DNA of 47,074 bases from Bacteroidota bacterium (GTDB lineage: Bacteria; Bacteroidota; Bacteroidia; Chitinophagales; Chitinophagaceae), in contig JAPLER010000096.1 in NCBI GenBank assembly GCA_026391115.1, positions 2,097 to 49,170 of the forward strand, read 5' to 3'. This document shows positions 1 to 10,002 of the stretch, piece after piece (position 1 is the stretch's first letter; every line of letters begins with the position of its first letter). A program made the position numbers and the translations under genes. Below the pieces are notes generated by a model. It was not told the origin of the DNA and did no database searches. It saw nothing but the letters and a program-made list of their open reading frames with translations.

Positions 1-669
1 AGTTTTTATAATTTTTATTTCTTGTTGTTGATGATGAAATGCAGGTGCTAGCATCATTCTAAGATTTTTTACAAAGCTGTCAGCATCTGGTCTGTCTGCT
101 TTATTTACAACAAACATATTGGCTATTTCCATCAATCCCGCTTTCATTGTTTGTACTTCATCGCCAGCTTCTGGCACAAGCACAACCATTGTAATATCTG
201 CAAGTCCTGCAATTTCTATTTCACTTTGTCCAACGCCAACTGTTTCTACAATTATGTAATCAAAAGTTGCAGCTTTCATTACATCTGTTATCTCAATAAT
301 TTTTGGATGCAAACCACCCAAACTACCACGTGTAGCAAGGCTTCTAATAAAAACATTGGGATGATTATACCAATTGCTCATCCTAATTCTATCACCTAAC
401 ACAGCACCTAAATTAAATGGACTTGATGGATCAACACAAATGATTCCAACCTTTTTATTATCGTTAATGAGTTGTTCAATTATAGCATCTACCAAAGTGC
501 TTTTACCTGCACCTGGTGGTCCTGTAATGCCTATAACTGGTGTTGATGAATTGGTTAGCTGTTGCAAAAATTCAAAATAGCCATCATATTCATTTTCTAC
601 CAATGAAATGCAGCGTGCCAAAGCTTTTTGATTGCCTGCTTGTATTTGTTGCAACAAGTTTGTAAACAT
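1..669 (-). CDS. meaB: MeaB/ArgK-type G3E GTPase (methylmalonyl-CoA mutase accessory family). N-terminal ~223 codons only; the C-terminus lies beyond the window start.
   Basis: My own minus-strand translation from ATG (complement of 667-669) reads MFTNLLQQIQAGNQKALARCISLVENE... It contains the P-loop GITGPPGAGKST, VETVGVGQSE and NKADRPDAD. It is missing from the ORF track only because it is open at the window edge. The + ORFs 151-399 and 374-580 are antisense shadows of it. Confidence 0.8.
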   Translation of the reverse strand, partial: MFTNLLQQIQAGNQKALARCISLVENEYDGYFEFLQQLTNSSTPVIGITGPPGAGKSTLVDAIIEQLINDNKKVGIICVDPSSPFNLGAVLGDRIRMSNWYNHPNVFIRSLATRGSLGGLHPKIIEITDVMKAATFDYIIVETVGVGQSEIEIAGLADITMVVLVPEAGDEVQTMKAGLMEIANMFVVNKADRPDADSFVKNLRMMLAPAFHHQQQEIKIIKT

Positions 670-694
670 ACTTTGCTAAAGTAGTGTGTTGCTG

Positions 695-1861
695 TTAAAG
701 TTGTTGCACTTGCATTTTAGTTTTAATATTTTGCCATAAAGCTTTATAGCAAAACATATTGCTAAACACAAATGGAAACAGGGCCACATTAAATTGTTGA
801 GGTAGCAAAAACCAAAATACTACTGTTAAACCAGAGATGACAAGTCCAATTAAGAAATAGTTTTTTGCATAATTTGTTTTTTTATTAACTAAAAAGCAAG
901 CAATGATATTGGTTGGCAAAGCCCATAATAAATTATAGTTAGCAGCACAACTTTTATGATCGGTACCAAACCACATAAACAATAATAAGCAACCTAATAA
1001 ACCTGTTACAAATACTATAAAAATTGCATAATACCTGAATATAGTTTGAATAACTTTATGCTTAATATTGGCTAAAGCCACTACAATAACTGCAAGAAAA
1101 CTAAAAATAATTAGTGGTTGATGATTGTCTTTTTCTGTTGCAGGTATTGAAGCTTCATATTTTTTTCGGTCTGCTACAAAAATATTTTTTGTATTAAAGC
1201 TATCAACGCTATGCATAAAATAATCTGGTAAAAAAGTACTTTGTTCCATAGTTACAGGTACATCTATTTTAATGCCCAATAAAATATCAATACCCAATTT
1301 ACTCCAGCAAGCACCTGCACTATCTAAATATTGATACAACATATTTCTAAATGTTGTGCCTTGTGCTACAAGCTGCCAATTGCTTGTAAAACCTGTATTT
1401 TTTGTTAATACATCTCTTGCTCTGGTGGTGCAATTGTCAAATAAAAAATCGTATTTATAGTACTTGTTATTGCCACTAAGATTGTTAATTAAATATTGTT
1501 GAATAGTTTGTTTTTGTTGATTGGTAAGATGCAGTATTTGCTCATAAATAGTTCTGCCTTCTTGCAGATAGCTTGCAAAAAAATCATTGGCATTATCTAT
1601 ATTTAAGAAATAGTTAAGCTTGCCACGAACAAATTTTGAATAAAAATCCGGGTCGCTAAAGTCAAAAGTTCCATAGTTATAAAATAAATCTGTGTGGTTT
1701 GTCGAATCTATAATTCTTATGGCTGTATGCCCAAAAATGGAATATAAATCATTACCTGGAGCACAAGTAATAACACTTATTTGCAAATGAGTTGCTGAAT
1801 CTTGCTGAGAGTAAGATTTGAAACTGAATAATAGCAATAAAAAGAAAAATATTTTACGCAT
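695..1861 (-). CDS. DUF4105-type exported domain fused to a multi-pass membrane C-terminus
   Basis: ORF 695-1885. The likely start is the internal Met at 1861, which opens a signal peptide (MRKIFFFLLLLFSFKSYSQQ). The motif CAPGNDLYSIFGHTAIRI is typical of DUF4105. The C-terminal third is strongly hydrophobic. Confidence 0.7.
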   Translation of the reverse strand: MRKIFFFLLLLFSFKSYSQQDSATHLQISVITCAPGNDLYSIFGHTAIRIIDSTNHTDLFYNYGTFDFSDPDFYSKFVRGKLNYFLNIDNANDFFASYLQEGRTIYEQILHLTNQQKQTIQQYLINNLSGNNKYYKYDFLFDNCTTRARDVLTKNTGFTSNWQLVAQGTTFRNMLYQYLDSAGACWSKLGIDILLGIKIDVPVTMEQSTFLPDYFMHSVDSFNTKNIFVADRKKYEASIPATEKDNHQPLIIFSFLAVIVVALANIKHKVIQTIFRYYAIFIVFVTGLLGCLLLFMWFGTDHKSCAANYNLLWALPTNIIACFLVNKKTNYAKNYFLIGLVISGLTVVFWFLLPQQFNVALFPFVFSNMFCYKALWQNIKTKMQVQQL

Positions 1862-2270
1862 TTGTTTTATTTTTTCTAGTAACAATTTTTAATGAGAATA
1901 AACCAGAAAGTGTAGTGATAGTATAAGCAAGAAGATAAATTATTTTTGTATCTTCTATAATTGTAACAGCTAAATAAACAAGGTTGATTAAAATAATTAC
2001 TCTGATAAAAAAGAGGATAACAGATATTTTATTAAAATATTTCTTGTATAGATATTTAGCAATAAACAAAACAAACAGTGAAGGAAGTGTTATTAAAAAA
2101 CCATAGAAAATAACTATAAAAATCATCTCAGTATCAAATAAGCCATCGTGAGTAAATTTTGTAGATAAAATGCTCAGTACACCAAATAGTAGAGACAATA
2201 TCAAATTTGCAAAAAGCCAAACTTTAAAAACATCAAATCTACTTAAATATAAATTTTGTCTTTCTTGCAT
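1854..2270 (-). CDS. Hypothetical 4-TM membrane protein
   Basis: ORF 1854-2330. I prefer the Met at 2270 (MQERQNLY...), which avoids overlap with the cysS 3' end. It has hydrophobic segments throughout. Its stop overlaps the start of the downstream DUF4105 gene by 8 nt, which suggests one operon. Confidence 0.55.
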   Translation of the reverse strand: MQERQNLYLSRFDVFKVWLFANLILSLLFGVLSILSTKFTHDGLFDTEMIFIVIFYGFLITLPSLFVLFIAKYLYKKYFNKISVILFFIRVIILINLVYLAVTIIEDTKIIYLLAYTITTLSGLFSLKIVTRKNKTNA

Positions 2271-2314
2271 ATAGTAATTTTCGATATAGCGATAGTGAGA
2301 AATTTTGGTTCGAA

Positions 2315-3805
2315 TTAACTTAAACTCCAACTCATTCCACCATCTTTTTCATCTTTTAAATTAATGCCAGCAGCACCTAATTCGTTTCTTATTTTATCGC
2401 TGGTTACAAAATCTTTTTTAGCTTTTGCATCTTTACGCAGGCCTATTAAAACTTGTATAGCTTCGTCTAGTTTATTGTTACTTAAAGCAGCATTTTCATT
2501 TCTTAAACCAAAAACATCAAACAAATAATTGTGTAAAGTAGCTTTCAATAAATCAAGTCCAGTACTACTAATTTCTTCAGGCTTTACTTGTCCACCTTTT
2601 AAAGAGTTTACAATTGTCGAAAGTTCAAATAAATTGCCAATAGTTTTTGCAGTGTTAAAGTCATCATCCATACATTCTTTACAAGCTGCAGCTATACTTT
2701 CAATTTTGCTATCCAGTTCTGTTTTACTTGCACTGTTAACTGTCAACTGTAAACTATTCACTATATCTACCGCTTCCATCAAGCGTTTCAATCCTTTCTC
2801 AGCATCTTGCAATCCTTTTACATTTATATCTAATTCTGATGAATAGTGCGATTGTAAAAACAAAAATTTCAACACACTTGGTGCATAACCTTTATCTAAC
2901 AATGGATGATTGCCACTTACAAATTCCATTGGTAAGATAGAGTTACCAAGGCTTTTGCTCATTTTTTGACCATTGAAATTTAACATATTGGTATGTAGCC
3001 AATACTTTGCTCCACCATGTTTGCAACTACCTGTGTTTTGTGCTATCTCGCATTCGTGATGAGGGAATTTCAAGTCCATTCCACCACCATGTATATCAAA
3101 AGTTTCGCCCAAATATTTTGTGCTCATTGCACTGCATTCTAAATGCCAACCAGGAAAACCCTTACCCCAAGGGCTATTCCATTGCATAATATGCTCTGGA
3201 CTTGCTTTTTTCCACAAAGCAAAATCTATTGAATTTCTTTTTTCTTCTTGTCCATCTAAATCTCTGTAGCCAGCCATTAATTCATCAATATTTCTTCCGC
3301 TTAAAACGCCATAATTATGTTGGTCGTTATATTTTTTTACATCAAAATAAACAGAGCCACTTACTTCGTATGCAAAGCCATTTTTCAACAAGGTTTCAAT
3401 CATTTCAATTTGCTCAACAATATGTCCTGTTGCAGTTGGTTCAATAGTTGGAGGAATTGTGTTGAAAGCATCCATAATTCTATGAAAACTTACTGTGTAT
3501 TTTTGCACAATTTCCATTGGCTCCAGGCTTTCAAGTTTCGCTTGAGATTCCATTCTATTCACACCTTCGCCACGTTCATTTGTTAAATGTCCTGCATCTG
3601 TAATGTTTCTTACATATCTTACTTTATAGCCTAAAAAAGTAAGGTATCTGTAAATCATATCAAAAGAACTAAAAGTTCGCAAGTTGCCTACGTGTGGTTC
3701 ACTATAAACTGTTGGTCCACATACATACAAGCCAACGTGGTTGGGGATTATAGACTTAAATTCTTCTTTTTGACGTGTTAATGTGTTATATACTTTTAGA
3801 GGCAT
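2315..3805 (-). CDS. cysS: Cysteine--tRNA ligase
   Basis: 496 aa. N-terminus MPLKVYNTLTRQKEEF, class I signature CGPTVYSEPHVGNLRT (HIGH-like), and KMSKSLGN. Confidence 0.95.
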   Translation of the reverse strand: MPLKVYNTLTRQKEEFKSIIPNHVGLYVCGPTVYSEPHVGNLRTFSSFDMIYRYLTFLGYKVRYVRNITDAGHLTNERGEGVNRMESQAKLESLEPMEIVQKYTVSFHRIMDAFNTIPPTIEPTATGHIVEQIEMIETLLKNGFAYEVSGSVYFDVKKYNDQHNYGVLSGRNIDELMAGYRDLDGQEEKRNSIDFALWKKASPEHIMQWNSPWGKGFPGWHLECSAMSTKYLGETFDIHGGGMDLKFPHHECEIAQNTGSCKHGGAKYWLHTNMLNFNGQKMSKSLGNSILPMEFVSGNHPLLDKGYAPSVLKFLFLQSHYSSELDINVKGLQDAEKGLKRLMEAVDIVNSLQLTVNSASKTELDSKIESIAAACKECMDDDFNTAKTIGNLFELSTIVNSLKGGQVKPEEISSTGLDLLKATLHNYLFDVFGLRNENAALSNNKLDEAIQVLIGLRKDAKAKKDFVTSDKIRNELGAAGINLKDEKDGGMSWSLS

Positions 3806-3854
3806 AATTCTTCTTTTCGGCTTTTGGTATTAATCTTTGATTTTGTTATTCAAC

Positions 3855-4235
3855 TTAAAAAGGTAATATCTGTTTTGCTACAATAAACTTTTTATTTTCA
3901 ATTAAAGCATCTGTTGCTTTATCAAAAACAGTAATGGTTACAGTATTATCTTTTATGTTACCAAGTTGATAAAAGTTCTTGGATAATTTATTTATTTCTC
4001 CACTTGTTGCTTTAAAATAATATTCTGCTTTTTGATTATTTTTTGATGCCAAAATCACAGCATTATCAATTTCAAAATATAGCGTGTCACTATTGGTTGT
4101 TCGTATTACACCATCATAAACTACTGGCTTTACAACAACAACTTTTGGTTGTTTTTTTACAGCCTGTTTTTTAGCTTGTGCATTTGTATTGATTGAATAA
4201 AGAGAGACAAAAATTAAAATCCAAAATTTGTTCAT
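3855..4235 (-). CDS. Small secreted hypothetical protein
   Basis: 126 aa with signal peptide MNKFWILIFVSLYSINTNAQA. I recognise no family. Confidence 0.6.
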   Translation of the reverse strand: MNKFWILIFVSLYSINTNAQAKKQAVKKQPKVVVVKPVVYDGVIRTTNSDTLYFEIDNAVILASKNNQKAEYYFKATSGEINKLSKNFYQLGNIKDNTVTITVFDKATDALIENKKFIVAKQILPF

Positions 4236-4318
4236 ATTTAAAATGCTTTTTATTGTGGCGAAAATAATGTTTAACGTTAATTAATATTATAAAATCATAA
4301 ATGTTCAAAACCACAATA

Positions 4319-4326
4319 TACATTTG
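4319..4326 (+). promoter_or_regulatory. Bacteroidota -7 promoter box TAcaTTTG
   Basis: Exact TAnnTTTG match 19 nt upstream of the ATG at 4345. It overlaps the 12-bp palindrome ATTTGTACAAAT (4322-4333). Confidence 0.45.
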
Positions 4327-4344
4327 TACAAATCAACCAACAAC

Positions 4345-5079
4345 ATGATTGCTTTTTTAGAGAAACTTAAATTACAACTTAGAGCCAACAAGTATAAAAA
4401 TAAAGATGATAAAGGAGGCATTGCCTACATTTTACAAAATATAAAAAATGGCGAAACCGTTTTAGATATTGGCTGCCACAAGGCTGGATATTTATTTTTT
4501 ATGCAACAAAAAGTAGGTAACAATGGCAAGGTGGTGGCATTTGAACCTCAAAGTTTATTGTATAATTACATAAAAAAAATTATTGCTGTGTGCAAATGGC
4601 AAAATGTAAAAGTTGAACATTTGGCATTGAGTGATAATAAAGGTGTAGTAACGCTGTTTATACCTACTAATACAAAAAGTAAAGCATCGTCTCCTGGGGC
4701 AACAATTGTTCACCAAAGCAATACAGACAATATTGATTTAACAGAACAAGTAGATACCAATACACTTGACACTTATTGCCTTGAAAATAATTTGCAACCT
4801 AATTTATTAAAAATAGATGTAGAAGGAAATGAGCTTAGAGTTTTAATGGGTGGTATTGAAATAATAAAAAAACATAAGCCTAAAATTTTGATAGAATGTG
4901 AAGCTAGACACGTGGGTAAAGAACAAGTAAACGAAACGTTTAACTACCTTTTACAACTAGGTTATAAAGGGTATTTTATCAATGATATTCATAAAGTAGA
5001 TTTAGAAAAATTCGATTTTGAACAGCACCAAAATACTAATGATATGAAACATTATTGCAACAATTTTGTATTTGAGTAA
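4345..5079 (+). CDS. FkbM-family SAM-dependent methyltransferase
   Basis: ORF 4324-5079 starts at TTG; I prefer the ATG at 4345 (MIAFLEK...). Motifs: VLDIGCHKAGY (SAM-binding loop) and LKIDVEGNELRVL, typical of FkbM. Confidence 0.75.
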   Translation: MIAFLEKLKLQLRANKYKNKDDKGGIAYILQNIKNGETVLDIGCHKAGYLFFMQQKVGNNGKVVAFEPQSLLYNYIKKIIAVCKWQNVKVEHLALSDNKGVVTLFIPTNTKSKASSPGATIVHQSNTDNIDLTEQVDTNTLDTYCLENNLQPNLLKIDVEGNELRVLMGGIEIIKKHKPKILIECEARHVGKEQVNETFNYLLQLGYKGYFINDIHKVDLEKFDFEQHQNTNDMKHYCNNFVFE

Positions 5080-5127
5080 TTATTAAACCTCTTATAAAAA
5101 AGTATTGTAATAATTTGTAATAAAAAA

Positions 5128-5135
5128 TATTTTTG
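5128..5135 (+). promoter_or_regulatory. -7 promoter box TAttTTTG
   Basis: Exact TAnnTTTG match 25 nt upstream of the ATG at 5160. Confidence 0.4.
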
Positions 5136-5159
5136 ATACACAAATAATAAAAAATTTAT

Positions 5160-5957
5160 ATGAGAAGCAATCACGAAATTGATTACAGAATTTATGGTGA
5201 GGAAATGCAATATGTTGAAGTTGAACTTGACCCACAAGAAACTGCTGTTGCAGAACCTGGTAGTTTTATGATGATGGATGATGGTTTACAAATGGAAACA
5301 ATTTTTGGTGATGGTAGTGCTCAACAAAACAATAGTTTATTGGGCAAATTATTTAGTGCAGGTAAAAGAATGTTGGTAGGCGAAAATTTATTTATGACAG
5401 CTTACACCAATGTGTCTAATACTAAAAGACAGGTGTGTTTTGCTGCTCCTTATGCAGGTAAAATTATACCACTAGATTTGCAGCAGTTGGGCGGAAAAGT
5501 AATTTGCCAAAAAGATGCTTTTTTATGTGCAGCTAAAGGAGTTTCCATTGGTATTGAGTTTCAAAAAAAATTAGGTACAGGTTTATTTGGTGGCGAAGGT
5601 TTTATAATGGAAAAATTGGAAGGCGATGGAATGGCTTTTTTACATGCTGGTGGTTATGTACTAGAAAAAATATTACAGCCTGGAGAATTAATTAAAATAG
5701 ACACTGGTTGTATTGTAGGCTTTACTGCAAATGTTGATTATGATATACAATTTGTTGGTGGTATTAAGAATACTTTATTTGGTGGCGAGGGTTTGTTTTT
5801 TGCAACGCTGCGAGGCCCAGGAAAAGTTTGGATTCAAAGTTTACCAGTGAGTAGATTGGCAAGTAGAATATTGGCTTATGGAAGTGTTGGTGGTAGAAAA
5901 GAAGAAGGCAGTGTTTTAGGTGGAATTGGAAACTTGTTAGATGGTGATAGATGGTAA
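5160..5957 (+). CDS. TIGR00266 / AIM24-family protein
   Basis: 265 aa. MRSNHEIDYRIYGEEMQYVEVELDPQETAVAEPGSFMMM... and repeated GGEG motifs are typical of the AIM24/DUF124 family. Confidence 0.75.
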   Translation: MRSNHEIDYRIYGEEMQYVEVELDPQETAVAEPGSFMMMDDGLQMETIFGDGSAQQNNSLLGKLFSAGKRMLVGENLFMTAYTNVSNTKRQVCFAAPYAGKIIPLDLQQLGGKVICQKDAFLCAAKGVSIGIEFQKKLGTGLFGGEGFIMEKLEGDGMAFLHAGGYVLEKILQPGELIKIDTGCIVGFTANVDYDIQFVGGIKNTLFGGEGLFFATLRGPGKVWIQSLPVSRLASRILAYGSVGGRKEEGSVLGGIGNLLDGDRW

Positions 5958-5973
5958 AAAATTTCTTTGCATA

Positions 5974-6007
5974 CTAAAAAGGCGTCAAATTTTTGACGCC
6001 TTTTTAG
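5974..6007. terminator. Bidirectional intrinsic terminator
   Basis: Perfect palindrome CTAAAAAGGCGTCAAA/TTTGACGCCTTTTTAG between the convergent genes ending at 5957 (+) and 6014 (-). A/T runs flank it on both sides. Confidence 0.85.
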
Positions 6008-6013
6008 TATAAA

Positions 6014-6793
6014 TTATTTTATAAAAAAATCATCAACATCTTTCCAAAAAGGAAATTGTTCTCTTATTTCATCAATTACTTTTTTATCTATAGTAAATGT
6101 AAAAATATCTTCATCAAATGCTTTATGGTAAACAACTTCGCCCAAAGGACTAATAATCATACTATCGCCACTATGGTTAATATTGTTGCCATCTACACCA
6201 ACTCTATTTACTGCAATAACATAACATTGATTTTCAATAGCACGTGCAACTAGTAAACTCTTCCATGCATAATTTCTTTTTTCCGGCCAATTGGCAACAT
6301 AAATTAATATGTCGTACAGATTATCTTTTTCTTGTCTTGCCCATACAGGAAAACGCAGGTCATAACATATTTGCAAATTGATTTTAAAACCATTTACCTG
6401 AGCTATTAGTTTTTTATTTCCAGCTGTGTAATGCTTGTCTTCTCCAGCATACCTAAAACAATGGCGTTTATCATAAAAACCTAAATTTCCATTAGGTAAT
6501 GTCCAAATTATTCTGTTGTAATAGTGTCCATTTTCTTCAATCATTAAGCTGCCACATAAAATTATTTTATGCTTGGCTGCTATTTCTTTCATCCACTCAA
6601 CGCTAGTGCCATCAATAGTTTCAGCAAATAAATGTGGTTGCATACTAAAACCAGTTGTAAACATTTCTGGTAAAATAACAACTTGTGTTTTTTCTTTAAT
6701 GCTTTCTATTTTTTTAGTTAGCATTTCAAGATTAGCTTGCTTATCTTCCCAAAAAAGATGAGTTTGAATTAATGAGAATGTTAAGAATGACAT
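6014..6793 (-). CDS. Carbon-nitrogen hydrolase family amidase (YafV / omega-amidase-like)
   Basis: 259 aa with the E-K-C triad contexts VVILPEMFTTGF, FYDKRHCF and LQICYDLRFP. Confidence 0.85.
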   Translation of the reverse strand: MSFLTFSLIQTHLFWEDKQANLEMLTKKIESIKEKTQVVILPEMFTTGFSMQPHLFAETIDGTSVEWMKEIAAKHKIILCGSLMIEENGHYYNRIIWTLPNGNLGFYDKRHCFRYAGEDKHYTAGNKKLIAQVNGFKINLQICYDLRFPVWARQEKDNLYDILIYVANWPEKRNYAWKSLLVARAIENQCYVIAVNRVGVDGNNINHSGDSMIISPLGEVVYHKAFDEDIFTFTIDKKVIDEIREQFPFWKDVDDFFIK

Positions 6794-6854
6794 TTTTAAA
6801 ATTATTGATAAATAAAAAAAGTAGCTATAAAAGCTGCTTTTTTAAGAAAAATTT

Positions 6855-7676
6855 CTACAAACCTGCTGTGACATAGGCCTGTCCATTTGCATAAAGAGTC
6901 ATTACAAAACCTTTACTATTAACCCAATATCTATATTCAGTAAGTGTCACAGTTTGTTGTCCATTGGTAAAACCATAACTATTTAATAAACCATTTAAAG
7001 TGCTCTGAAAAAGAGGATTGGTACTTACGGATGTAGCAACTGTTCTTGTGTATTTTTGTATAACTACATTCATTGTACCACTGTAACCATTCAACTTCAA
7101 TGTTCCTGTAGCGATATTTTTACTTTTACCTGTGGTAGCCAAATTAACTGTAACAGGAATTGTGGCTCCACCATAAGTGGCATTTAAATTGAGAGATGAA
7201 CTAGCATTACTTTGAAAACTATCGTTATAGTTCAAAGGGAAGTTAGCTAATTTTAACACTGGGTTTTTAACCATTGCTCCATTTGCAATAGTTGCAGAAA
7301 TACCTGCAAGACTTAGATTAACATTATTTCCAAAATCGTCTCCCAATTCGTTCCAAATTGTGGCGTCTTTTTTGTAATAAGTAGAAATACCAATTGTTTG
7401 TCCTAATAAACTTGTACTAGCAGATGTCATATAAGTGGCACCAACAAATGAAGGATTGGTTGCTATTCGTTGTGTATCATTCCAAACTTTAGCAGTATTA
7501 GCATTTGAATAATCTAATGCTAAACTTGCTGATGCAGAAGGTATACTAATAATTCCACTATCCAGTTTGTATCCAGTTATAGGAACATTTACAGAAGTGT
7601 TGCCATTTCCACCATCATCTTTTTTGCATGAAACAATAGAGGCAGCAACGATTGCCATTAAAAATATTTTTTTCAT
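6855..7676 (-). CDS. Hypothetical lipoprotein
   Basis: 273 aa. Lipobox MKKIFLMAIVAASIVSCKKDD. S/T/N-rich beta-type composition. Confidence 0.65.
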   Translation of the reverse strand: MKKIFLMAIVAASIVSCKKDDGGNGNTSVNVPITGYKLDSGIISIPSASASLALDYSNANTAKVWNDTQRIATNPSFVGATYMTSASTSLLGQTIGISTYYKKDATIWNELGDDFGNNVNLSLAGISATIANGAMVKNPVLKLANFPLNYNDSFQSNASSSLNLNATYGGATIPVTVNLATTGKSKNIATGTLKLNGYSGTMNVVIQKYTRTVATSVSTNPLFQSTLNGLLNSYGFTNGQQTVTLTEYRYWVNSKGFVMTLYANGQAYVTAGL

Positions 7677-7734
7677 TGTTTAAAATTTGTGTTCAAAGTA
7701 AGTAACTTTTTTATTACAATTTTTTAAAAGCACA

Positions 7735-8250
7735 TTAAAGATATCTTTCTTTAATAATATTAATATGGTGCAGCAAATGACCAATTGTAATATAAGCAAT
7801 AGCATTTACAGATACTTTGTTATTGTTTGCAATGCCAAATTGTTGTAATTGTTCGTTATTTAGTGACTTAAAAAATAAATCGCTACTAGTTCTTAACGCT
7901 ACAAATTCATCTTTTAAATCTTGTAAACTTCTGTTTGCAGCATTGGCATTTTTAACATATACATCTTCATCAAAGCCCAATAAAGCCTGACTATCTTTTC
8001 GTGAAAAACGTAAAGCCCTGTATATAAATATTCTTTCTGTGTCTATCAAGTGTTGTATCAACTCTTTGATGGTCCATTTGGCTACAGCGTATGCATAATC
8101 TCCCTTTTGTTCAGGAATACTATTAATAAAATTAATAATTTCTTTACAGTGGTTATTAATGATAGTAGTAATATCGCATCCATTTACAAGCAAAATATAG
8201 TTGTGATAATATGGAGCGTATTCATTTTCTAATGGTCTTTCTGTATTCAT
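7735..8250 (-). CDS. DinB-family (DinB_2) metal-dependent four-helix-bundle protein
   Basis: ORF 7735-8295. The likely start is the Met at 8250 (MNTERPLENEYAPYYHNY). The C-terminal GHLLHHINIIKERY His motif is typical of the family. Confidence 0.7.
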   Translation of the reverse strand: MNTERPLENEYAPYYHNYILLVNGCDITTIINNHCKEIINFINSIPEQKGDYAYAVAKWTIKELIQHLIDTERIFIYRALRFSRKDSQALLGFDEDVYVKNANAANRSLQDLKDEFVALRTSSDLFFKSLNNEQLQQFGIANNNKVSVNAIAYITIGHLLHHINIIKERYL

Positions 8251-8329
8251 AAAATTAAAGAAGATTTGTTTTGTGAAAAAAAATAAAATAAGCATCTATA
8301 ATAAAATAAAATTAAAGAAGATTTGTTTT
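8249..8329. repeat. 24-bp perfect direct repeat (8249-8272 and 8306-8329) with a 33-bp spacer
   Basis: ATAAAATTAAAGAAGATTTGTTTT occurs twice. Copy 1 abuts the DinB-family start codon. Confidence 0.9.
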
Positions 8330-8412
8330 TTAAAATTATTTTACAGTAAAATTGCCAACTCAAATATTTTTATAAACACTAATTTTTAAATCAAAAAAAA
8401 AACGATTGTATT

Positions 8413-9267
8413 ATGGCAGACATTAAACCAACTGCAGTAAAATCTACTACATCAGTACAACCCCACAAAACAAGTAATCCTGTTTCTTGGATTGCACCTC
8501 TTGCTTGCATTATTTTGGGATACGTTATTTGGCGTTTCATCATTGGCTCTCCCGATAATTTTAAAGTGGGAAAAGATAATGGTGGTTTTTGGCCAGAAAG
8601 AGATGGAGCACTTAGTAACTTAGCTAGAATGTACCAAGGTGGTATTATTGTACCAATTTTGATTGGTTGTTTTTTAACAGTTATTACTTTTATTATCGAA
8701 AGATTTTTAACAGTATTAAAAGCTAGTGGAAGTGGCAATAATGCTGAATTTGTTCGTAAAGTGCAATATCACTTGGCTAATAAAGATGTAGATAAAGCTA
8801 TTGCAGAATGTGACAGACAAAAAGGAAGTGTAGGCAATGTAATGAAATCTGGTTTGCGTAAATACAAAGAAATGATTGGTAATACAGAATTGGCTACAGA
8901 ACAAAAAGTATTAAACATACAAAAAGAAGTTGAAGAAGCTACTGCACTTGAGTTACCAATGTTAGAGAAAAATTTGGTATTCTTATCTACAATCGCATCT
9001 GTTGCAACTTTATTGGGTCTATTAGGAACAGTATTGGGTATGATTCGCTCGTTCTCTTCTCTTGGAGAAAGTGCTGGTCCAGAAGCTTCTGCAAAATTAT
9101 CTCAAGGTATTTCTGAGGCATTGTATAATACAGCACTAGGTATTGGTACTTCTGCATTTGCAATTATTTTTTATAATATTTTCACTACAAAAATTGATGC
9201 TATTACCTATGGTATTGATGAAAGTGGTTTTACATTGACGCAAAGTTTTGCTGCTAACTACAAATAA
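8413..9267 (+). CDS. exbB: MotA/TolQ/ExbB proton-channel protein
   Basis: 284 aa. The C-terminal LLGLLGTVLGMIRSF...EALYNTALGI motif is typical of ExbB/TolQ. It heads an exbB-exbD-exbD-tonB cluster. Confidence 0.9.
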   Translation: MADIKPTAVKSTTSVQPHKTSNPVSWIAPLACIILGYVIWRFIIGSPDNFKVGKDNGGFWPERDGALSNLARMYQGGIIVPILIGCFLTVITFIIERFLTVLKASGSGNNAEFVRKVQYHLANKDVDKAIAECDRQKGSVGNVMKSGLRKYKEMIGNTELATEQKVLNIQKEVEEATALELPMLEKNLVFLSTIASVATLLGLLGTVLGMIRSFSSLGESAGPEASAKLSQGISEALYNTALGIGTSAFAIIFYNIFTTKIDAITYGIDESGFTLTQSFAANYK

Positions 9268-9321
9268 TTGTGGAAAAAAGCAAAACACACATCTTAATTG
9301 TAAATCATAAAATAGTATAAA

Positions 9322-9972
9322 ATGTCAAGACCCAAGATAGCCCGAAAAAGCACAAGCATTGATATGACAGCGATGTGCGATGTGGCATTTCTATTATTGT
9401 CTTTTTTTATCTTAACTACCAAGCCTAAATCGTCTGAGGCAATAAATGTAGTTACACCAACTTCTGTTGCTGTAAAACCAGCACCACAAAAAGATGTAGC
9501 ATTATTTACTATTGATAAAAATGGTAAAATATTTATTTCAATGGATGATGAATCTGCTAAAGCAGATATTGCTCAATCTATTAATAGCACACGTGGTTTA
9601 GGAATAAATGTAGCTGCATTTAAAAAAGCAGAATTTTTTGGAACCGCATTTGGTCAAATACCTGCTTTTTTAGCTTTGCCAATGGAGAGAAAAATTGGCG
9701 ATAATTTACCTGGTATTTCTATAGATACAACAGCACCAGGTGGTAGCGAGTTGAATGAATGGGTAAGGTTGATTGCAACTGCATATCAAGGTAGACAACT
9801 TAATGTATTGCTAAAAGGAGATAATGTAAGCAAATACCCTTCCTTTAAAGCTGTAGTAGATGCATTCAAGAAAAACGATATTCTTAAATTTCAAATGGTA
9901 ACCAATCCAGAAAGTGTGCCTATTGGTAGCGAATTATTTAAAGACAATTTGAAAGCCCCAAAAAAGGCTTAA
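9322..9972 (+). CDS. exbD: ExbD/TolR biopolymer transport protein (long form)
   Basis: 216 aa. N-terminal DMTAMCDVAFLLLSFFIL is the TM anchor typical of ExbD. Confidence 0.85.
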   Translation: MSRPKIARKSTSIDMTAMCDVAFLLLSFFILTTKPKSSEAINVVTPTSVAVKPAPQKDVALFTIDKNGKIFISMDDESAKADIAQSINSTRGLGINVAAFKKAEFFGTAFGQIPAFLALPMERKIGDNLPGISIDTTAPGGSELNEWVRLIATAYQGRQLNVLLKGDNVSKYPSFKAVVDAFKKNDILKFQMVTNPESVPIGSELFKDNLKAPKKA

Positions 9973-10002
9973 ATTATTAGTTAAAAACAAAAATATTTTA
10001 CA

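Noticed and set aside
5052-5237. Small intergenic-spanning ORFs (5052-5237, 12567-12836, 27734-27934, 20531-20719).
   Set aside because: They overlap the ends or starts of confident genes in other frames, or they translate AT-rich promoter DNA. There is no supporting signal.
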